Shown here: positions 29,917 to 40,118 of the stretch, in pieces | Numbering within the stretch: position 1 is the first letter of the stretch | Layout: every line of letters starts with the position of its first letter | NCBI GenBank assembly: GCA_965238075.1 | Contig: OZ250173.1 | Location: 1,920,001 to 1,984,000 of the forward strand | Length of the DNA: 64,000 bases | Source of the DNA: Candidatus Entotheonellaceae bacterium | GTDB lineage: Bacteria; Tectomicrobia; Entotheonellia; Entotheonellales; Entotheonellaceae | Direction of reading: 5' to 3' | The notes under the pieces: generated by a model | The model's database searches: none | The model's input: the letters and a program-made list of their open reading frames with translations, nothing else | Told to the model about the DNA's origin: nothing | Position numbers and translations under genes: made by a program

Positions 29917-30041
29917 GTTCGCGGTTTGCTGATAAACGGTCGGCATGAGAGGCTCGGAGGCAAAATTTCGTGTGACAACTTGGTGTGTGTTGGGTTAAGA
30001 GCATTCTCCCATGCGGTCAAACCATAAAGAGATAAGCCTCA

Positions 30042-31309
30042 TCAATCCCACCTCGTTTCTATGCCAAAAGAGTTATCTGGAAAGTGTTTCTCGAATACCG
30101 ACATCGCTGCTTTTACCGCCGCTTCCGCTAACGCTAGAGCTTGGTCATTCCTCCAGCCAAGGCCACCGATACTCTCAACATAGCACCCAGTTCCCGGAAC
30201 TACCCTCCCTGCTCTCAATTTCAGTAGCGCTGACACGAGAGGAGACCGAGCATCGCGGACTACCAGATGTGCCCAGCCTGCCACATCGGCCACATGATCG
30301 TCGGCCGTACGTCGAGCTGATTCCAAGAGTGCTTGCGCCGCACTGTCAGCCGCTAACTGTGCCTCTGCAAGTACACGCCGCGCTTTTTCGGTGAGCTGTA
30401 GTGATGCCGTTGGACGAACAAAGTTCTGAATTTGTACCGCCGGGACATCTTCCAGTCTCAAAGGTTTCCCTTCGCTATTAGGTGGATCCATATCCAATCG
30501 GTCAAGGGCAATTACAGACGTAGCTTCCAGTGTTTTTCTACAAAACAGATGGTCAAAATCATTTGCACCGGTATCGTGCAATTCTTGCAACCTATCGAGC
30601 ACACGTTCTGCTTCCGTCGAATCAGGTACAACGACAAATACGCGCGAGAATGAGAATGGCTCCTCGAACAACCAGATTGGGAGTCCCGGACAAGAGCATT
30701 GATCCTCATGATCAACCCAACGCCATTCTCGTTCGTGTGACCAGTCGATTAGCCGCTCTGGATCCTGCGGACATGGCAACGTACCTAAACTGTTCGGTAT
30801 CGTCGATTCCGCAGGCGGGAGCCAGATAGCGAGGCCATCCCCTATTGAATGGGCGCTTCAGCTTACGTTCAACATGCCTGCCGGAAAGACCATATATTAC
30901 AGGCCGACCTCCGGCCGCAAAAAGTTCCCTCTTTAAGATTCCAACCGCGTAAGTTCTTACGGAATCGTTGCTCCGTTGCTTGGCATACTTTACAAGCTCG
31001 TACAGGGGCATTTCCGTGAAGCATACAGCCGCCCGTGGGCCATAGACGGTTGGACGACCATTCCTAAATGCCCAACTGGCTCGGATGTGCCCGTCAGTGA
31101 TGATCTTTAACAACACCTGTAATGCATCCAAGTCGGGAGGGTAGTCGGCCATCACTGATTCTCCACGAATCGAATCTGGATCCGTTGTAACGGTCGAAAT
31201 CGATCATCTGATCCGTCGGTTCCGAATCGGGATTGTAGTTATGGATGAAATGCAAAGCCCATTCGCTTAGGTCCTGTCGCATTGAGTTCAAGTTAAAGCC
31301 GCTAGGCAT
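30042..31309 (-). pseudogene. DUF4427 / AbiGi-like protein split by two frameshifts
   Basis: RQDLSEWALHF | LLKIITDGHI..SW, VCFTEMPL, GGRPVIYG, QFRYV | DWSHEREWRW across three frames. Confidence 0.7.
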
Positions 31310-31425
31310 TGTTATGCCTCCTCTTCGCAACTACTCTGTGTTGGCCACTCGCATCCGATGAATCCGTTTTCTTCTGCCTGATTATTTGGAAGTGAGATTC
31401 TATAGGTCAGAGCAGCTAACGATTA

Positions 31426-31929
31426 TCAGGTAATCCCTGCAGACCCCAAGACGAATCTTGCTCCCTCCCGACGCAGCATTGCGTAAGGGGTTACGCAGCG
31501 CAGGCCGAGACCGATGCAGGCATTTGGAATCTTGATTTTCCGAGTCGTATCGGCGGGAACTTCGTGGCTGACGATGGCGCAGCCGTACGCCAGCGCGTGG
31601 GCGACAAGCCAGTAATCAGCAACCTGAAGAAACGTGGCAACGGCGGCGGGTTCATAGCCTTGGTTGTTCGCCCAATGACTGACAGTGCGAAGAGCGGGCA
31701 CCACCGTGTCGTCCGGTCTCAGAAAGAAGCCATCGCCACGGGCTTCGGCCCAGTCCTTCAACTCGTCCGCACCCCTGTACAGTTCGTCTGCAACCTTCTC
31801 GATACTGGCCACTTTTCCGGTAAGGTTTTGCTTATCCAGCCAATCCCAAAACGCCGGACAGAAATCGAAGCCGTAATGCAGGTTTTTGGCTTGGATAAAG
31901 ACGTTCGCATCGAGAAGGTAATCGGTCAT
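31426..31929 (-). CDS. DUF4411 family PIN-like protein
   Basis: YLLDANVFIQAKN..Y.FDFCPAFW, ADYWLVAHA, KIKIPNAC. Confidence 0.9.
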   Translation of the reverse strand: MTDYLLDANVFIQAKNLHYGFDFCPAFWDWLDKQNLTGKVASIEKVADELYRGADELKDWAEARGDGFFLRPDDTVVPALRTVSHWANNQGYEPAAVATFLQVADYWLVAHALAYGCAIVSHEVPADTTRKIKIPNACIGLGLRCVTPYAMLRREGARFVLGSAGIT

Positions 31930-33083
31930 CCCATCATCCCGACTTCCCGGCCAAGGTTGTTGAACGTCTCCGTCTTGGAGATCCCGAGCATCCGGAAGGC
32001 GTCACGATAGAGCGTCTGGCCTTCCAGCGTGCTGGCCACCAATGCACGGGCAAATCGGGGGCTTACGCGGGCCAGGGTGGTACGGTAAAAATCGCCGCCG
32101 CGGTCGCCACTTCGCGTAAGCGCCTTCGCCTTCAACAGTTCAGATTCCTGCGTCCATGCCGAGTCGAAGGAAGGGCGATCCAGCCGGTTCGCATCGAGAA
32201 GGCGCCGCAGGATGACCAAGGTGCTCACTTTGAAAGCCCGTGCCAAGCGCGGTACCGAGGCAAACGGTTCTTCATCGCGCAGTTCGGTGCGCAGGTCGGC
32301 AAGAGGCACCAGCAGCTCAGCCGCAACGGCGTTGCACCAGACTTCTTCCGGCCGAAAACCTTGCCAGGACTCTGCCCCCATGTTCGACAACGCCGACTCT
32401 CCGAGCCAAAGATGCGCGAGTTCATGCGCGAGCGTGAACATCTGCGCCGCCTTTGTGTCCGACCCATTGATGAAGATTAACGGCGCGAGGGGGTCGGAGA
32501 GGGCAAAGCCGCGAAACTCGATGGGATCGAGGCGTCGGCTCGTATTGCTCATCACAATCCCGCTGGTCATGACGAGTACGCCGGCCTCGTCCGCTTGCCG
32601 GATGAACAGTCTCAGCGCATCGGTCCATGTTGGGCACTCTCGTCGGGCGTCGAAATCGAAGCCGAGGGCTTCCCGCATGCGGGCTGCAACGCCCGCTGGC
32701 TGCATGTCAATCGTAGCGCTGCCGACGAAGTCGAGTTCCGGTTCCTGCGCAACGCGAAGGAAATCGCGGTACCAGCTCTGCCGTTCCTGGCAGACGTAGA
32801 TCATGTCCAGGAGGTCCGGGCTCGGGCGTGTCACGGTTTGCCCGGCCAAAGTGCGGAAATCGGGGATAGGAACCGACTCCTCCGGGGGCTTCGTGAGGAA
32901 CAGGTAGCCGACTGGTACGTGGACGGTACGGGCGAAGGCTTCCACCTGCTTCAAAGTAGGCTGGATGTCCCCGTTTTCCCACTCAGCCAGTTTCCTGAAC
33001 TTGTGGATCAAGGAATCCTGCGTCAGCCCGGCACGCTTTCGCGCCCAACTCAAAAGTTCGCTGTGGACGGGAACACGAGTCAT
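31926..33083 (-). CDS. XRE-HTH + ImmA/IrrE metallopeptidase
   Basis: N-terminal HTH (WENG..QPT), FTLAHELAHLW HExxH, EVWCNAVAAELLVP. Confidence 0.92.
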   Translation of the reverse strand: MTRVPVHSELLSWARKRAGLTQDSLIHKFRKLAEWENGDIQPTLKQVEAFARTVHVPVGYLFLTKPPEESVPIPDFRTLAGQTVTRPSPDLLDMIYVCQERQSWYRDFLRVAQEPELDFVGSATIDMQPAGVAARMREALGFDFDARRECPTWTDALRLFIRQADEAGVLVMTSGIVMSNTSRRLDPIEFRGFALSDPLAPLIFINGSDTKAAQMFTLAHELAHLWLGESALSNMGAESWQGFRPEEVWCNAVAAELLVPLADLRTELRDEEPFASVPRLARAFKVSTLVILRRLLDANRLDRPSFDSAWTQESELLKAKALTRSGDRGGDFYRTTLARVSPRFARALVASTLEGQTLYRDAFRMLGISKTETFNNLGREVGMMG

Positions 33084-33160
33084 ACGACGGTCTCCACTTC
33101 ATGCGTCGCATTTGGACGTCGGGCGATACTAATCGCGCGCACTAACTCGCCGGACACGCC

Positions 33161-33571
33161 TCACACCGCCTTGACGAACAGCACCAGCCCCAGGATGGCG
33201 ACGGCGACGTAGGCCGTCAGAACCGCGGCGCCGGGGTAGTCCTTGGCGAGCCGCTGGCCGAAGAACAGGCAGAGCAGCGCCAGCAGCGCCAGCTCAAGCC
33301 CGGCGATGGCGAGCCCGCTGCCCGCGCCGGTCAGCAGAAGGATGAACCCGACGGCGCAGCAAAGGCCGGTGACGGTTTCCAGGACGGCGATGACCCAGAA
33401 CATCAGCGGCACCATGTTGCCTAGCGGGCTGGCGGCAAAATGGCCGCCGAGGAAATCCAGATTGCCCTGGCTGTCAAGGAGCTTGTCGACCGCCGATTGC
33501 AGGAACGCAATCGCAAAAAATGCCATTACCGCCAATTGCCCGAACCACAAAGGTTCTATAAACCGATCCAC
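33161..33571 (-). CDS. DoxX-like membrane protein
   Basis: FLQS..DK, LFFGQRLAKDY.GA; four hydrophobic segments. Confidence 0.75.
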   Translation of the reverse strand: MDRFIEPLWFGQLAVMAFFAIAFLQSAVDKLLDSQGNLDFLGGHFAASPLGNMVPLMFWVIAVLETVTGLCCAVGFILLLTGAGSGLAIAGLELALLALLCLFFGQRLAKDYPGAAVLTAYVAVAILGLVLFVKAV

Positions 33572-33612
33572 GTTTGTCCCCTTCCCATTGGCAGACTCGC
33601 CTCGCCGTTACC

Positions 33613-34557
33613 TTACACCGACACGCCGGGCCGTACGTCGCTGGCAAAACGGTCCATGACACGCTGCATTTCGGCAATGTCCGACGTCATGATGTCGAAC
33701 ACCATATGGCTGACGCCGCAATCGGCATACCGCGCGATGTCGTCTTGGATGGCGGCGGGGCTGCCGGTGAGCGGCCGGCGGTCGGTCCCGGTGTCGTCGG
33801 CAAAGACGATGGGGCCGCGGAACGAGATGGTCACGTCCTGCGGGTTGCGGCCTGCTCGGCCGGCTTCATCGCGCAGCCGCGCCACCGCGGTCTTCATTTC
33901 GTCGGGCGTCAGGTTGGCGGGCGGGCGCAGGCCGATGGGATGCCAGCCGTCGCCCAAGCGGGCGGCGCGGCGGATGGCCGGGCCGGTGTGGCCGCCGATC
34001 CAGATAGGCGGGTGCGGGCGGCGCACCGGGCGCGGCGCGAAGCCGATGTTGTCGAAGCGCACGTGCTCGCCGTTGAAGCTGGGGGCGTCGTCGGTCCACA
34101 GGGTGCGGAAGACGCGGATGTATTCATCGCTGACGGCGCCGCGCTGCCGGAAGGTGTCCAGGCCGAGCGCCACGAACTCCTCCTCCATCCAGCCGACGCC
34201 GACGCCGAGGATGACCCGCCCGCCCGACAGGGTGTCGAGGGTGGAGACGATCTTGGCGGTCAGCAGCGCGTTGCGGTAGGGCAGAATGAGTACGCTGGTG
34301 CCGAGCTGTACGCGCGTCGTGCACGCCGCCAGCCAGGTCAGGGTGGTTAACGGCTCGTAGTAATCCTGCTCCGGCGCGGCGGGAAAGGCGCCGTTCGGGT
34401 CGTACGGGTAGAACGACTCGATCTGCTGCGGCACGATGATGTGATCGCTCACCCAGATCGAGTCCAAACCTACCGTCTCGGCATGCTGCGCGAGCAGCCG
34501 CAAGTTGTCCGTCGTGGTCATCGCTCCCCGGCTGGGAAGGCTTACCCCAAACTCCAT
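33613..34557 (-). CDS. LLM-class F420-dependent oxidoreductase
   Basis: WVSDHI, GTSVLILPYRN, GVGVGWMEEEF, PPIWIGG, GDGWHP; GAGGGAG RBS. Confidence 0.9.
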   Translation of the reverse strand: MEFGVSLPSRGAMTTTDNLRLLAQHAETVGLDSIWVSDHIIVPQQIESFYPYDPNGAFPAAPEQDYYEPLTTLTWLAACTTRVQLGTSVLILPYRNALLTAKIVSTLDTLSGGRVILGVGVGWMEEEFVALGLDTFRQRGAVSDEYIRVFRTLWTDDAPSFNGEHVRFDNIGFAPRPVRRPHPPIWIGGHTGPAIRRAARLGDGWHPIGLRPPANLTPDEMKTAVARLRDEAGRAGRNPQDVTISFRGPIVFADDTGTDRRPLTGSPAAIQDDIARYADCGVSHMVFDIMTSDIAEMQRVMDRFASDVRPGVSV

Positions 34558-34725
34558 TTGTGAATCTCCCTCGTGTTCGGTTGCATGCGGCGTGCGGCCC
34601 GCCCGCGGCTGGCGTCGCCGGGCCGCTTTGTAGCACGACATGCCGCCTTGGGGCAACATGACCGCCGTCTTGTTGCCCCCCATAAACTCCGCTACACTGC
34701 CCGCCACCCCATATCGGCAAGCAAC

Positions 34726-34755
34726 GTAGGTCGGATTAGCGCAGCGTAATCCGAC
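34726..34755 (+). repeat. GTAG-type REP palindrome
   Basis: GTAG-GTCGGATTA-GCGCAGCG-TAATCCGAC; degenerate relative at 5554-5583. Confidence 0.75.
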
Positions 34756-34789
34756 TTCCTCGGCGCCCCTTTCGAGAGGAACCAAACCC

Positions 34790-36199
34790 ATGGACATCAA
34801 CACCGCCATTGCGGATCTGGAAGCCATCGTCGGCCCGCAGCACGTCCTCGCGTCGCGCGCCGAACGCGCCGTGTACGGCTACGACGCCTCGGTGTTTCGC
34901 GGCACCGAGCTGCTGGCGGTGGTGCTGCCGACGACGGCCGAGCAGATCTCGCGCCTGGTCGTGTGGTGCCGGGATCACGGCGTGCCGTACGTGGCGCGCG
35001 GCGCCGGCACCGGCATCAGCGGCGGGGCCATCCCCACCCACGGCGGTGTGGTCATCGAATTGGCCCTCATGAACCAGGTGCTGGAGGTCGATCTGGCCAA
35101 CCGTCTGGCCGTCGTGCAGCCCGGTGTGGTCAACCAGGACCTCAAGCAACGCGTGCGCGAGCACGGCTACGCCTACACCTACGTGCCCGACCCCGGCAGC
35201 CAGGTGGTCTCGACCATCGGCGGCAACGTGGCCACCAACGCCGGCGGCATGCACTGCCTGAAGTACGGCATCACCGGCAACCACATCCTCGGGCTGGAGA
35301 TGGTGCTGCCCGACGGCGACATCGTGACCGTGGGCGGCAAGGCGGTGGATCAGCCGGGCGCCGACCTCACCGGGCTGTTGGTCGGTTCGGAGGGCACCCT
35401 CGGGATCGTCACCAAGATCATCGTGCGCCTGTTGCAAATGCCCGAGGCGGTCACCACCCACCTGGCGCTGTTCAAAACCGTGGACGACGCGGCCAACACG
35501 GTCTCCGGCATCATCAGTTCCGGGCTGCTGCCGGCTGCCATGGAGCTGCTGGACAAGTCGATCATGCAGGCGGTGGACAAGGCGGTGCACATCGGCTTCC
35601 CGGCGCAGGCCGGTGCGGCCCTGATTATCGAGCTGGACGGCTTCAGCGAGGATATGGCCCGCAACGCCGACCGGGTGGCAGAAATCTGCAAGATGCACGA
35701 CGTCATTTCCATTGAGACCGAGGAGGGTATCGAGGCAGGCCAGCGGCTGTGGCTGTGCCGCCGGGCGGCCTTCGGCGCCATGGCGCGGCTCGATACGGAC
35801 GTCTACATCGTCGACGGCTGCGTGCCGCGCACCCAATTGCCCGAGGCGCTGCGGCGCGTGACGGCCATCGCCGAGCGCTACGATCTGCTGATCGTCAACG
35901 TGGCGCACGCCGGCGACGGCAACCTGCACCCGTCGATTCCCTTCAGCAAGCGCCGCGCCGGCGACATCGAACGGGTGCTAAAGGCCGGGCGCGAAATCCT
36001 GGAAGCGTGCGTCGAGCTCGGCGGCAGCATCACCGGTGAGCACGGCGTCGGCATGGAAAAGCAGAACGAAATGACCCTGATGTTCACCCCCGCCGAGCTG
36101 CAGGTCATGCGGCGCATCAAGCTCGCCCACGACCCCGACGACCTGTGCAATCCCAAGAAAATCTTCCCGCTCAGCATGCTGGCCGAGGCCGCCTCATGA
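34790..36199 (+). CDS. glcD: Glycolate oxidase subunit GlcD-like FAD-linked oxidase
   Basis: RGAGTGISGG, PDPGS, TIGGNVATNAGG, HAGDGNLHP, GEHGVG.EK, NP.KI. Confidence 0.88.
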   Translation: MDINTAIADLEAIVGPQHVLASRAERAVYGYDASVFRGTELLAVVLPTTAEQISRLVVWCRDHGVPYVARGAGTGISGGAIPTHGGVVIELALMNQVLEVDLANRLAVVQPGVVNQDLKQRVREHGYAYTYVPDPGSQVVSTIGGNVATNAGGMHCLKYGITGNHILGLEMVLPDGDIVTVGGKAVDQPGADLTGLLVGSEGTLGIVTKIIVRLLQMPEAVTTHLALFKTVDDAANTVSGIISSGLLPAAMELLDKSIMQAVDKAVHIGFPAQAGAALIIELDGFSEDMARNADRVAEICKMHDVISIETEEGIEAGQRLWLCRRAAFGAMARLDTDVYIVDGCVPRTQLPEALRRVTAIAERYDLLIVNVAHAGDGNLHPSIPFSKRRAGDIERVLKAGREILEACVELGGSITGEHGVGMEKQNEMTLMFTPAELQVMRRIKLAHDPDDLCNPKKIFPLSMLAEAAS

Positions 36200-37545
36200 C
36201 GTCCTCCCCGACGGCCCTGCACAATCGTTTGACGGCCCTGCTTGGTGCTGAGAACGCCTGGATGGACGAGCCGGCAACCGCCGGCTACGCCGTGGCGTTG
36301 CGGCGTCCGGCGGTCGTGGCGGCACCGTGTACGGCCGAGCAGGTCGCCGCGGTTCTGGAACTCGCATCGCGCGAAAAGCTGGGCGTGGTGCCGTGGGGAC
36401 GCGGCACGCAGATGCACCTGGGACCGCCGCCGGCTGAATACGACGTGGCGCTGTCGCTGCAGCACCTGGCCCGCGTGCTGGAGTACGACAGCGCCAATCT
36501 GACGCTGATCGCCGAGGCCGGGTTGGCGCTGCGTGAGGTGTATCGGCTGACCCTCCCGGGGCGTCAATTCCTGCCGCTGGGCTATCCGGGCAGCGAGGCC
36601 AGCCTGGGCGGCCTGCTGGCGACCAACACCAGCGGCGTCAAGCGGTTGCGCTACGGCGGTATGCGAGACCTGTTGCTGGGCATCCGGGTGGCGCTGCCGG
36701 AAGGCGAATTGCTGCGCTACGGCGGGCGGGTGGTGAAAAATGTCGCCGGCTACGACATGTGCAAGCTGTACATTGGCTCGCTGGGCGCATTCGGCGTGGT
36801 GACGGAAGTGACGTTTCGCCTGGCGATGCTGCCGGAGGACGAACGCCTGCTGGTTGCCGCGTTTCCGACCCTGGCGCAGGGCATGGCCGCGGCAACCGCG
36901 GTGCGCAGCGCGGCGCTGTTGCCGTCCACCGTCGCGCTGGTTTCGTCGGCGGGGTGGGCGGATTCCTTGCCGATTGGTTTGCAACCGGGGCAGGCGGCGT
37001 TGCTGGTTCACGTGGACGGCTCGCACGAATCGGTGCAGCGCCAGATTGCCGAGGGCGAGGCAATTTGTACGTCGCATGGAGCCGTGGAAGCCGTCACACT
37101 GAGTGGCGAGGCGCTGATGACGATGTGGGAGTGGCAGGAGGTGTGGCGGACGTCTTCGCCCGATCCGTCGTTGTTGCAGGTGCGCGTTGGGGTGCCGCCG
37201 TCCAGCGTGGAAACGGCGCTCGACCTGCTGGACAAGGTGCCGAGGTTCTGCCGAGGGCCTGTCATGTGGCTGGCGGACGCCGGTATCGGCTCGGTGACCG
37301 CCCGGCTGCCGCTCGATGAGCCGGCGGACGACTTGACAGCGCAGGTGCAAGCGTGGCTGGGTGGGATTCGATCGCGGCTCGATGACCAACAGGGGTTTGC
37401 CGTGGTGGAGTCGGCGCCGGAAGCCTTGATCGCCCAACTCGATGTTTGGGGCACCTCGCCGGGCGTGGGCCTTCTGAAGCGGTACAAGAGCCGATTCGAT
37501 CCCCAGGGCGTGTTGAATCGCGGGCGCTACGTGGGCGGGCTGTGA
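36196..37545 (+). CDS. glcE: Glycolate oxidase GlcE-like FAD-binding subunit
   Basis: GGRVVKNVAGYD..KL..GS.G, FDP.GVLN.GR; ATGA overlap with glcD. Confidence 0.85.
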   Translation: MTSSPTALHNRLTALLGAENAWMDEPATAGYAVALRRPAVVAAPCTAEQVAAVLELASREKLGVVPWGRGTQMHLGPPPAEYDVALSLQHLARVLEYDSANLTLIAEAGLALREVYRLTLPGRQFLPLGYPGSEASLGGLLATNTSGVKRLRYGGMRDLLLGIRVALPEGELLRYGGRVVKNVAGYDMCKLYIGSLGAFGVVTEVTFRLAMLPEDERLLVAAFPTLAQGMAAATAVRSAALLPSTVALVSSAGWADSLPIGLQPGQAALLVHVDGSHESVQRQIAEGEAICTSHGAVEAVTLSGEALMTMWEWQEVWRTSSPDPSLLQVRVGVPPSSVETALDLLDKVPRFCRGPVMWLADAGIGSVTARLPLDEPADDLTAQVQAWLGGIRSRLDDQQGFAVVESAPEALIAQLDVWGTSPGVGLLKRYKSRFDPQGVLNRGRYVGGL

Positions 37546-37555
37546 GGTGCCGTCG

Positions 37556-38713
37556 TTACCAGAGGCGGTCGGACGCCAGCTTGGCGCCCTCGCTGAGGGT
37601 GCGGAGCTTGGCCCACACGACCAGGGGCGCGACGTTCTCCGAACCGGCAAACGTTCCGAAGCCGCAATCGGTCGAGGCGATCACCCGGCTGCGATCCCCC
37701 ACCACCTCTACGGCCTGCACGATGCGGTTGGCCACCACTTCCGGATGCTCCACGTAATTCACCGTTGAATCAATGACGCCCGGCAGCAGCAGCATGCCGT
37801 CCGGCAGCGGGTGCTGCCTGAAGACGCGGCTTTCGTGCTGGTGCCGCGGGTTGGCGAGCTCGATGGACAAGGCGCCGACGCGCGCGCCGTACAGAAGCGG
37901 CAGGATATCTTCCAGCGCCACGTCGTGGACGTGCGGTCCGTCGTAGTTGCCCCAGCAGACGTGCAGGCGGATGCGCTCGGGCGGGATGTTGCGTATCGCT
38001 TGGTTGATGGCTTCGACGTGCAACTCGACCATTTCCTGGAAGCGCCGTAGGGATTCGTTCTGGAAAAAGTACGTCCGCTCCATGGCCAGATCGAGGCAGT
38101 CGATCTGCAGGATCAGCCCCTTAGCGTGGATCAGCTCGTACTCCTTGCGCATCTGCTCGGCGAGGGCGAGGACATAGCGCTCGTGCGACTCGTAGTGGGC
38201 GTTCAGCAGCGTGGTGGCGATGATGCCGGGCGAGGCCGCGGTCATGAAGTGCTCGGTGAATGAACGCGGCGCCTGCGCGGCGCTGCGCAGAAAGACGGCG
38301 CACTCGTTTTCCGCGGCGCTCAGATCAGTGTAGTGCACCTCGGCAAGCGCCTGCGGGGCGTTGAAAATCTTGGCGGCGCTGCGGCGGCGGGCCTTGATGA
38401 TGGCCGCGTAGTCCGGGAAGTCCTGCCAATCCTGCGGCTGCGGCCGGGCGCTCTCGCCGCCGAAGCCCTGCATGCGTTGCGCCACATAGGTCTGAAAGCC
38501 CACGCGTGGCTGCTCGCCGTCGTTGCCGATGTCGATGCCCGCTTCCAACTGCCCGCGCACCACCTCATCGACTGCCGCTTCGACCTGCCGTTGCAAGTCC
38601 GCCTCGTCGATGGCCTCGCCGCGTTCCTGCCTGATGAGCAGGTCGGCCAGCGGCCGGGGCCGCGGCAGGCTGCCGACGTGGGTTGTCAGAATCCGTTGTT
38701 CGCTGGTTTGCAT
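37556..38713 (-). CDS. Cobalamin-independent methionine synthase II family protein
   Basis: THVGSLPRP, DGEQ, HVCWGNY, PGVID, STDCGF. Confidence 0.9.
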   Translation of the reverse strand: MQTSEQRILTTHVGSLPRPRPLADLLIRQERGEAIDEADLQRQVEAAVDEVVRGQLEAGIDIGNDGEQPRVGFQTYVAQRMQGFGGESARPQPQDWQDFPDYAAIIKARRRSAAKIFNAPQALAEVHYTDLSAAENECAVFLRSAAQAPRSFTEHFMTAASPGIIATTLLNAHYESHERYVLALAEQMRKEYELIHAKGLILQIDCLDLAMERTYFFQNESLRRFQEMVELHVEAINQAIRNIPPERIRLHVCWGNYDGPHVHDVALEDILPLLYGARVGALSIELANPRHQHESRVFRQHPLPDGMLLLPGVIDSTVNYVEHPEVVANRIVQAVEVVGDRSRVIASTDCGFGTFAGSENVAPLVVWAKLRTLSEGAKLASDRLW

Positions 38714-38728
38714 GGTTCCCTCTGGTTG

Positions 38729-39145
38729 TCAGGGTGAGGGCACATCGGCGGTTTGCAACTGTTCCATGATGGCGTCGATCCGTCCTTCGTTTCGGGAGAC
38801 GCGCTCGCTGAGCGTGCGTAGTTCCGAGACGTCCTTGGCGAGGTCTTCGATGCGCCTGTCCTGGGCGTCAAAGCGCTGATCGACTGCATCGAAGCGTTGG
38901 TTGATGTACTTGTCCTGAGCGTCGAAGCGCTTGTCCTGAGCATCGAAGCGGGCGTTCATCTCTGCTTTGAGGTCGTCGATGCGCTTACCTTGAGCATCGA
39001 TGTGCTGGTTGATCTCTCGTCTCAACGCTTCGAAGTTCTGGTTTGATTGATTGCGGAGGGGGGTGACGACAAAGAATTGCAGGAAGGTGAGGAGTGCTCC
39101 GATAGCAATGAATCCGCCGCCGTTGACTTTCAGCCAAGTCCACAT
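38729..39145 (-). CDS. TM + heptad-repeat coiled-coil hypothetical protein
   Basis: Repeated RFDAQDK heptads; GGAGG RBS. Confidence 0.75.
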   Translation of the reverse strand: MWTWLKVNGGGFIAIGALLTFLQFFVVTPLRNQSNQNFEALRREINQHIDAQGKRIDDLKAEMNARFDAQDKRFDAQDKYINQRFDAVDQRFDAQDRRIEDLAKDVSELRTLSERVSRNEGRIDAIMEQLQTADVPSP

Positions 39146-39354
39146 GATGTTCGACCTCCAGGGTCGTGGAGTTTGAAAAATTGTACCACAGGTTGAGAGC
39201 ATGGCGGTTTGGTTGGCACGCGGCATGGCGGCCTTTGGTGGAAGACCGTGTGCGACGGAATTTTTTGTGCAAAGCTATCAATGTCATCCCACAGTCACCT
39301 GGCTAATTCCATCATCTATCGTTCAACGATATCGTTGGCACGGAGGATCCCGGC

Positions 39355-40116
39355 ATGAAGAAAATTCTCATCACCGGCATGAGCGGGCTGATCGGCGGCC
39401 TGCTCAGGCGGCATCTAGAGGCGCGCGGCGGCTATGACCTCAGCGCCCTGAACCGGAAGCCGGTCGACGGGGTGCGCTGTTTTCAGGCCGACATCGCCGA
39501 TGCGGAGGCCATCAAACCCGCTTTTGCCGGGCAAGACGTGGTGGTGCACTTGGCGGCGTATCTCGGCAGCGACGATTGGGAGGGGCAGTTGGCGGGCAAC
39601 GTCATCGGCACCTACAACGTGTTCGAGGCGGCGCGGCTGGCTGGTGTGAAGCGGGTGGTGTTTGCCAGCAGCGGCAACGCGGTGCGCGGCTTCGAGCAGG
39701 TGGCGCCGTATGCGGCGATTGCCGCCGGGCGGTACGACGAGGTGCCGGAGGGGTTCGCGCGCGTGACGCACGAGATGGCGTGGCCCAGCGGCATTTACGG
39801 AGCGGCCAAGATATGGGGTGAGGTGCTGGGCCGCCATTTTGCCGACGCCTACGGCCTATCGGTGCTGTGCGTGCGCATCGGCATGGTGCGCAAGGCGAAT
39901 CGCCCGCAGCAGCCGCGCGATTATTCCATCTATCTCAGCCACCGCGACGTGGTGCAAATCCTGACGCAGTGCATCGAGGCGCCGGACGACTTGCGATACG
40001 ACGTGTTTCTGGCCACCTCGAACAACAAGTGGGGATACCGGGATCTTGAGCACCCGCGGCAGGTGCTCGGCTACGTGCCGCAGGATTCCGCCGACACGTT
40101 CGGGGAAGAGTCATAA
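39355..40116 (+). CDS. NAD-dependent epimerase/dehydratase (uronate dehydrogenase-like)
   Basis: ITGMSGLIG, VHLAA, FASS, YGAAK. Confidence 0.88.
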   Translation: MKKILITGMSGLIGGLLRRHLEARGGYDLSALNRKPVDGVRCFQADIADAEAIKPAFAGQDVVVHLAAYLGSDDWEGQLAGNVIGTYNVFEAARLAGVKRVVFASSGNAVRGFEQVAPYAAIAAGRYDEVPEGFARVTHEMAWPSGIYGAAKIWGEVLGRHFADAYGLSVLCVRIGMVRKANRPQQPRDYSIYLSHRDVVQILTQCIEAPDDLRYDVFLATSNNKWGYRDLEHPRQVLGYVPQDSADTFGEES

Positions 40117-40118
40117 AA

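Noticed and set aside
35878-37650. Long antisense ORFs (also 54836-56434, 62126-63688, 47611-48831, 4070-5209)
   Set aside because: Shadow frames of well-supported opposite-strand genes in GC-rich DNA, with no recognisable motifs.
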